Made by a program: the position numbers and the translations under genes. Positions 56,678 to 64,000 of a DNA stretch of 64,000 nucleotides are shown here, piece after piece. Numbering within the stretch: position 1 is the first letter of the stretch; each line of letters begins with the position of its first letter. The DNA is taken from positions 114,886,001 to 114,950,000 of the forward strand of contig NC_086104.1 in the NCBI RefSeq assembly GCF_963921235.1, read 5' to 3'. The notes beneath the pieces were generated by a model. It had not been told where the DNA came from, did not search any database, and was given only the letters and a program-made list of their open reading frames with translations. Origin of the DNA: Mobula hypostoma. Taxonomy: Eukaryota.

Positions 56678-57605
56678 AGACATTTTTAAATATGAAATAT
56701 CCTTGGAAAGTAAGACCATATATTTTGGGTACGTACCTCAAGAATGGTTGAAAAGAGATAAATATTTAATGAATATACTGCTGGTGGCTGGTAAAAAGAC
56801 CCTTACCAGGAAATGGTTATCACAGGAGAGCCCAACTTTAAATGTATGGATGGATGTTACAATGGACATTTACAAAATGGAGAAGATAACAGCATCTGTT
56901 AATCATAAGTTGGAACAATTTGATTCATACTGGGGAAAAATGGTTCAACTACATAACACCTCTTCGGCCTGATTTTATTTTCACAAGTCAATGAATATGT
57001 TGTAAAAAAAAAAGATCATTCTCTACTTTGTACATAGTTCTCTCCTTTTGCTTGTTGTTTCTTTCCTCTCTTTTCTATAGGTGTATACCTCAGATAAATA
57101 TTATGTGGAGATTTGTGGCAAATATGATTATATGATATATATGTAGAATAACTGAAATACATCTTATGGAAATGTTTGTTTGATGATGAACTCCAATAAA
57201 AAATAAATTACAAAAAAAAATCCTATTTAACTCAAGCTAAGCTTCTCATACACTGACATCGGTATACCTGCTCCCCTGCCATGTGCACATCAACACCTGG
57301 GTCACTCGTACTTGCCATTGTTCCTTCCAGTCACCTATCCTTACTTCTCAAGCTGTCCAGGCAATGTTCCAGTGCTCAAAAACACATTTCATTCATAAAA
57401 TATCTTTCATGTCACTTTCTGGACATCCCAAAACACTCTGCACCCAGTGAAGTGTAGTCACCACTGTAACAGAAGCTTATGTGGTTTAAAGCAGAGGCTG
57501 AGAGGTACTTGATTAACCAGGGCACCAAAAGTTATGGGGGAAAGGCAGGAGATTGGGGTTAAGAAGGAAAATAAACCAGCCATGGTCAAATGACTGAGGA
57601 GACTC

Positions 57606-59430
57606 TTTATAAATCTTTTTATTGAATAAGTATACAAAAAAGGTAAGCCATATAAACATTAATACAATGTTAAAGTATAATAAAATTCCAAAAGGTATCA
57701 ATACCAAAAAAAATACTACAAACAATGTAATTTAAACATAAGAAACCAAGATAACATAATAGTATACTAAATTTTATATATATCAATGGAAAAAAAGAAA
57801 AAAAAAACCCCAAAAAAAACCCACCGTGCAACTAACTAAAAGCAAAGCAAAGCAATGGGCTAACTTGAAACCAAACAGAGTTAAACTTAAAATCACGTCC
57901 TCAATCCCGACCTCCATTAAAAACAGTGAAAAAAAAAAACAAGAAGGGTAAATATTACATTAAATGAAAATATCGAATAAAAGGTCCCCAAATCTGTTCA
58001 AATTTAAATGAAGAATCATAAAGGTTACTTCTAATTTTCTCCAAATTCAAACATAAAATCGTCTGAGAAAACCAAAAAAAGGTAGTTGGAGCATTAAGCT
58101 CTTTCCAATGTTGTAAAATACATCTTTTCGCCATTAAAGTAAGAAATGCAATCATTCTACGGGCTGAAGGGGAAAGATTACTAGAAATTTTAGGTAGTCC
58201 AAAGATAGCAGTAATAGGGTGAGGAGAGATATCTATATTTAATACCTTAGAAATAATATTAAAAATATCTCACCAAAAAGTTTCCAAAGTAGGGCAAGAC
58301 CAAAACATATGAGTTAAAGAGGCTATCTGCCCCGAACATCTATCACAGAAAGGATTAATATGCGAGTAAAAACGCGCTAACTTATCTTTGGACATATGTG
58401 CTCTATGAACCACTTTAAATTGAATTAGGGAATGTTTAGCACAAATAGAGGAAGTATTAACTAATTGTAAAATCTGCCCCCAATCATCCACAGAAATGGT
58501 AAGCCCCAATTCCTGTTCCCAATCTACCCTAATCTTATCAAATGGAGCTTTCCTAAGTTTCATAATAATATTATAAATCATAGCCGATGCACCTTTCTGA
58601 CATGGATTGAGGTTAATTATCGAATCTAAAATATATGTAGGAGGAAGCACTGGAAAGGAAGAAAGTATAGTACTTAGGAAATTTCTAACTTGTAAATATC
58701 TAAAAAAATGTATTCTTGATAAGTTATATTTATTAGATAATTGTTCAAAAGACATAAGGGAACCATCTAAAAATAAATCCAAAAACCGTAAAATACCCTT
58801 AGTCTTCCAAGTTTGAAAAGCGCGATCCGTAAAAGAGGGAGGAAAAAATATGTTACCTAAAATAGGAATCGCTAACCCGAATTGATTAAGATCAAAAAAA
58901 TTTCTGAATTGAAACCAAATGCGCAAAGCATATTTAACTATCGGGTTAGAGACCTGCTTAAGGCGTTTCGAATCAAAAGGGAGAGAGGAGCCTAAAATAG
59001 AGCCAAGTGTATAACCCTGAACAGATTGTAGTTCCAATGCTACCCATTTAGGAATAGATAGTATGTCCTGATCAAGTAACCAAAATTTCATATGTCGAAT
59101 ATTAATAGCCCAATAATAGAATCTAAAGTTAGGTAATGCTAAACCTCCATCTCTCTTAGCTTTCTGTAAGTGTATTTTACCCAGTCTCGGATTCTTATTC
59201 TGCCAAATAAATGAAGAAATTTTAAAGTCAACTTTATCAAAGAAAGATTTTGGAACGAAAATTGGTAATGCCTGAAACACATATAAAAATTTTGGCAAAA
59301 AAAACATCTTAACTGCATTAATACGACCAATCAAAGTTAAATATAAGGGAAACCATTTAGATGAAAGTTGAGTAATATGGTCTATTAATGGTAAAAAGTT
59401 AGTCTTAAATAAATCTTTGTATTTACAAGT
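57606..59430 (-). mobile_element. Young 5'-truncated L1-clade LINE inserted in a CR1 3'UTR
   Basis: Open 354-aa ORF2 segment (58270..59334) ending in CDRC...HMFWSC; 3'UTR with AATAAA; perfect 17-bp TSD AATGACTGAGGAGACTC (57589-57605 / 59431-59447). Confidence 0.92.
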
Positions 59431-59569
59431 AATGACTGAGGAGACTCAATAGGCCAATTGCTGTTGTGTCTTATAATCTTAATGCTGCTCAAAAGTTCCC
59501 ATAAACAGAAGAGAGATAGTGACCCAGAGCAGCAATTTTACAAGAGATGTGAAAGAAAACTGTGGGTTG

Positions 59570-59720
59570 TAGGATAGAACTCCCTGCTGTTCTTTGGCTG
59601 GGTATCCCCTGAATGTTTCACCCCTCTCAGGGAAGGCAGTTAAGCCCTTGGTTGAATATTCTATCCAAGGATGGCCCCTTGGACAGTGGAGTGCTTCCTC
59701 AGCACAGTCCTTCCTAAAGC
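59570..59720 (-). mobile_element. Degenerate DeuSINE-like fragment
   Basis: Minus strand GTGCTGAGGAAGCACTCCACTGTCCAAGGGGCCATCCTTGGATAGAATATTCAACCAAGG resembles the Deu-domain consensus as I recall it; not verified by a search. Confidence 0.45.
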
Positions 59721-59825
59721 ACAGCCCTCTGTAGTTACTCCCTTACCTCTGTCTCACTGACAATGCAATTGCTTCTCAGTAATGTCTCTCTGCCAATGCG
59801 GTGCTCCCACAAAGCTCAAGGCAAA

Positions 59826-60060
59826 TTTAAAGTTCAAGGTAAATTTATTATCAAAGTATATATATGTCACGATGTATATCCATGAGATTCGTCTTCTTGC
59901 TGGCAATCACAGTAAATACAAGAAACACAATAGAATCAATGGAAATCTGCACACAACACTATGGACAAACAACCAACGTGCAAAAAGAAAGCAACAAACT
60001 ACAAATAAAAAGAGAGAAAAAATAAATAATTATTGCTATTATCAGTAATAATAATAAATG
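59826..60060 (-). mobile_element. Probable Rex/L2-type 3' tail remnant
   Basis: Minus strand ends in GATAATAAATTTACCTTGAACTT; similar to the remnant at 61185-61620. Confidence 0.4.
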
Positions 60061-60761
60061 CAATAATGCAAATCACTACTGTTCCTCTATTTGTACAGCT
60101 ACTCCACATGTCTGTCCCTCTCACATTATTCCCTCCACATCGCTAGCCCAGTAATGCCCTGCTTCCTCAGTTCTGGCACTGGGTATGGAAACCAGAAGTG
60201 CAGGGCTCCTCTCTAAAAGGACATATTAAAGGCTAATGCCTCTGTGAAACCTCACCCTGCACTACCAGTGAGTAATTACTGGACCAACAGTCAGAGCTCT
60301 GGGCCACTGATCCAGAGACGCTAGTTTGAATCTCACTATAGCCGCTGGGGAGTTTTACATTTAAGGATTCTTTTTAATAAAAGTTCATTTCAGTAAAAAC
60401 TACCTGTTGGTCACTTCAGGGAAGGAAATTCCACATTCTAGGATTCTAGGAATTTGGATATTCCCAGAAAATGAAAGTATTCCTTGTGTACTTACGGAAT
60501 ATCCCCCAGGCTTGCTGTTTAAATCCTGTTAGACAGAAGTTAGTTAGCTCCGCTTCAGAACTTGGTTGTCACTAATAAAGTGCTGTGATGAACAGGATCA
60601 TGGGCAACCGACTTTCTTTTGTGACTGGAATTAAGTGCTGGGCCGAGGGTGCAGAGAAACACTGCTGATCTATATTTGTCAATCCAACAGAGGGGTGGGG
60701 TGGAAATGGGTGGTTTCTGCTGTGTGGTTTATTTGTCCTTATTTATAGCAGTAGTTGCACT

Positions 60762-60916
60762 TTTATTTTTTTTATTGAATTTCATCATCAAACATTTCCA
60801 TAAGATGTATTTCAGATACTGTACATATATATCATATAATCATATTTGTCTCAAATCTCCACATAATATTTAACTGAGGTATACACTTATAGAAAGGACA
60901 GGAAGGAAAGAACAAG
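60762..60916 (-). mobile_element. L1 3'UTR stub of the same family as 49233-57220
   Basis: Reverse complement closely matches 57060-57220 (TATACCTCAG..AAATATTATGTGGAGATTTG...GATGATGAA). Confidence 0.8.
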
Positions 60917-61210
60917 TGTGGATTAACTGTTTCATATTATAATAACAGAGCCAAACAGATCTCATAAGTCACACAGCAGAGGAAGTGGTACCAGCACAGA
61001 TCAGCCATTGGATGGTGGGGCAGGTCTGAGGGGCCTGATGACCCACTCCTGGTTTGATCTTGCTGTGTTTTTGTGTCTGACCTGACAGCAAAGGTCCACA
61101 GCTCTCAAATGCTAGACCCAGAGCCAAACAATTTCTCCAGGCTGTGTTCTCAGTGCTGACCTGGGTATCACAAGCAGTCTTATACATCAAAGGTTCATTT
61201 TATTATCAAA

Positions 61211-61311
61211 AAAATCCTGACGAAGGGTCTCGGCCTGAAACGTCGACTGCGCCTCTTCCTATAGATGCTGCCTGGCCTGCTGCGTTCACCAGCAACTTTG
61301 ATGTGTGTTGC
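61211..61311 (+). mobile_element. 101-bp Penelope-derived insertion consisting of a hammerhead core plus the terminal tail
   Basis: CTGACGAAGGGTCTCGGCCTGAAACGTCGACTG at 61217-61249; 13-bp TSD TTTTATTATCAAA (61198-61210 / 61312-61324). Confidence 0.85.
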
Positions 61312-61654
61312 TTTTATTATCAAAGTATGTTTGCAGAATATACCTCTGAGATTTTTCTTCTCCCGACAACCATAAAATATAGAAAACTATAATAGTTCAA
61401 AGAAAGACATCAATTCAATCCCTCCCCAAACAAAAGGAAAAAGAAACAGAAACTCACAAAGCCCCAACCCCTCTCTCACACAAAAACTAACATCACCCAG
61501 ATGGAGAAACAACAGCCGGAACATTAAACCCCACAGACCCAGACCGCCAGTCGGCAACAAGGAAGAATGGGCAAAAGCACAAAAAAATATAGAAGTGAAA
61601 GAGGCCAATATGAATTACATAAATCACAGAATTCTCAGAATTTTGATAACATCT

Positions 61655-62070
61655 CCGAGGGCAGAAGGATGAGGGGGGATCTCATTGAAACCTTTTGAAT
61701 ATTGAAAGGCCTGGACAGGGTAGATGTGGAAAGGATGTTTCCCCTGGTGGGAGAGTCTGGGACAAGAGGACACAGCCTCAGAATAGAGGGACATCCATTT
61801 AAAACAGAGATGCAGAGAAATGTCTTTAGCTAGAGGGTGGTGAATTTGCGGAATGTGTTGCCACATGCAGTTGTGGAGGCCAGGTCGTGGGGTGTATTTA
61901 AGGCAGAGCTTGATAGGTTCTTGATTGGACATGGCATCAAAGGTCACAGGGAGAAGGCCGGGAACTGGGGTTGAGGAGGAGAAAAAAATAGGATCAGCCA
62001 TGATTGAATGGCAGAGCAGACTCGATGGGCCAGATGGCCTAATTCTGCTCCTATGTCTCATGGACTTGAG
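61655..62070 (+). mobile_element. CR1 3' fragment
   Basis: Close match to 34450-34830, including the 3'UTR. Confidence 0.8.
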
Positions 62071-62573
62071 CCAGAGCCCCTCCAAGTACCACTTCCTCTC
62101 CTCCACATTTGCCTTGATGTTTCAATCTTCCTAGTAACTTTAATTAGCAAGGAATGTAGTTCATCCCAGCCCCTCGTCTCATCTCTGAACTTCTTCTCAT
62201 GGTAGCTCGTGCTTGCTTTTCTCTCCTGGAGTTTCCTCAGGGACAGCAGAGCACTAATTTACTTGATCAAATTACAGACTGTAAGTCCCAGGCTACAATG
62301 ATTTCAAAAACAAAGATTAAAGAATAAGCAGAATTAGATAAAACTGAAATGATTGTCTCGCTGGAAGATATTGCCTGAGGAATTGTTCACTGTTCACTGG
62401 TGCCATCTTGACACATGCTCAGATTGACATGCACAGACACTCAGCAATACAAAAATGCATACAGATACTCCAATTCACCTCCATAAACACACATGCACAT
62501 TATTCACATTTCAATAAGTTAGTGTGTTATGTTGTGACTGGCTAGTACAGAGAGTGATGTAGTGACATAACAG

Positions 62574-63546
62574 AAGGGGAGCAGTTTACCTGGTCCATTT
62601 CCGACACCTCCCTCCCCTTTCTAGATCTTTCTGTCTCTGTCTCTGGAGACAGCTTATCTACTGATGTCTACTATAAGCCTACTGACTCTCACAGCTATCT
62701 GGATTATTCCTCTTCTCACCCTGTCTCTTGCAAAAACGCCATCCCTTTCTCGCAATTCCTCCGTCTCCGCCACATCTGCTCTCAGGATGAGGCTTTTCAT
62801 TTCAGGACGAGGGAGATCTCCTCCTTTTTTAAAGAAAGGGGCTTCCCTTCCTCCACCATCAACTCTGCTCTCAAACGCATCTCCCCCATTTCACGCACAT
62901 CTGCTCTCACTCCATCCTCCTGTCACCCCACTAGGAATAGGGTTCCCCTGGTCCTCACCTACCACCTCACCAGCCTCCGGGTCCAACATATTATTCTCCG
63001 TAACTTCCGCCACCTCCAACGGGATCCCACCACTAAGCACATCTTTCCCTCCCCACCTCTCTCTGCTTTCTGCAGGGATCGCTCCCTACGCGACTCCCTT
63101 GTCCATTCGCCCCGCCCCCCCCATCCCTCCCCACTGATCTCCCTCCTGGCGCTTATCCTGGTAAGCAGAACAAGTGCTACACATGCCCTTACACTTCCTC
63201 TCTTACCACCATTCAGGGCCCCAAACAGTCCTTCCAGGTGAGGCGACATTTGATCCGTGAGTCGGCTGGGGTGATATACTGCGTCCGGTGCTCCCGATGT
63301 GGCTTTTTATATATTGGCGAGACCCGACGCAGACTGGGAGACCGCTTTGCTGAACATCTACGCTCTGTCCACCAGAGAAAGCAGGATCTCCCAGTGGCCA
63401 CATATTTTAATTCCACATCCCATTCCCATTCTGACATGTCTATCCACGGCCTCCTCTACTGTAAAGATGAAGCCACACTCAGGTTGGAGGAACAACACCT
63501 TATATTCCGTCTGGGTAGCCTCCAACCTGATGGCATGAACATTGAC
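62574..63546 (+). mobile_element. Penelope fragment truncated at both ends (RT thumb to GIY-YIG), no 3'UTR
   Basis: [26 protein letters not shown]...QPDGMNID; 14-bp TSD TAGTGACATAACAG (62560-62573 / 63547-63560). Confidence 0.88.
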
Positions 63547-63574
63547 TAGTGACATAACAGTTAACGTATCGATT

Positions 63575-63860
63575 TATAGTGCCAGTGATCAGGGTTGAGC
63601 TCCCACTGGTGTCTGTAAGGAGTTTGTACATCCTCCCCATGACTGTGTAGTTTCTTCCAGGTGCCCTGCTTTTGTTCCACATTCCAAAGATGTGTGGGTT
63701 TAGGTCAGTAAGTTATGGGCATGCTTTGTTGGTATCAGAGGCATCACGATTCTTGTGGGCTGCCCCAGCACATTTTCGGACTGTATTGATTGTTGACAAA
63801 AATGACACATTTCACTTTACATTTTGATGTACATGTGACAAATAAAGCTAGTCTTTAAAT
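63575..63860 (+). mobile_element. Degenerate HE1-like SINE with LINE-type 3' tail
   Basis: GTCTGTAAGGAGTTTGTACATCCTCCCCATGAC core; ends TGTACATGTGACAAATAAAGC. Confidence 0.5.
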
Positions 63861-64000
63861 CTTTAGGAATGACGGTGTTGACGATGGACAAGTTGAACAG
63901 AGCTTATCAGCTCACACCAGAGACATCTGATCTGTTAGATATCTTACTGCTTAAGCAGTTTCTTGTCACGTTTTCCCTCACCTCCATTCAGGGCCCCGAA

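Larger units (their letters stand above)
49233..57220 (+). mobile_element. Decayed L1-clade LINE (ORF1 C-terminus, ORF2 from 50808, 3'UTR, poly-A) containing a solo LTR, a Penelope element and a CR1 tail
   Basis: [72 protein letters not shown]...HIFWEC; AATAAA plus A-tail at ~57195-57220; many frameshifts. Confidence 0.9.

Noticed and set aside
63975-64000. Start of another Penelope fragment (CCATTCAGGGCCCCGAA)
   Set aside because: Only ~20 bp are visible at the window edge, too little to call.

Overview
Repeat-dense vertebrate genomic DNA. The CR1, Penelope, L1, Rex/L2 and tRNA-SINE content suggests a cartilaginous fish (inference). The only host gene I can support is a minus-strand Siglec/MAG-like Ig receptor spread over ~35 kb: leader (40225-40264), four V-set exons (38927-39295, 24770-25114, 23757-24116, 7915-8271), one C2-set exon (7260-7553) and a transmembrane exon (5205-5325). 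All have canonical splice sites and compatible phases. The V domains alternate between two types (A-B-A-B in transcription order): type A keeps the essential Siglec sialic-acid-binding Arg, while type B has Lys there plus an extra Cys. The cytoplasmic tail could not be resolved. Two ~32-bp satellites occupy 1-4830 and 8575-23010; the unit of the second resembles a SINE segment elsewhere in the window. The rest is nested transposons: an internally deleted Gmr1-type Gypsy element (SCAN-like gag, PR-INT-RT-RH order) with two solo LTRs of the same family, two other solo LTRs, a non-autonomous hAT, CR1/L1/Rex LINE fragments, SINEs, and several Penelope elements carrying minimal hammerhead ribozymes, including a 101-bp ribozyme-only insertion and a 2.3-kb inverted two-arm insertion. 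Coordinates were counted by hand; no alignments or database searches were run.
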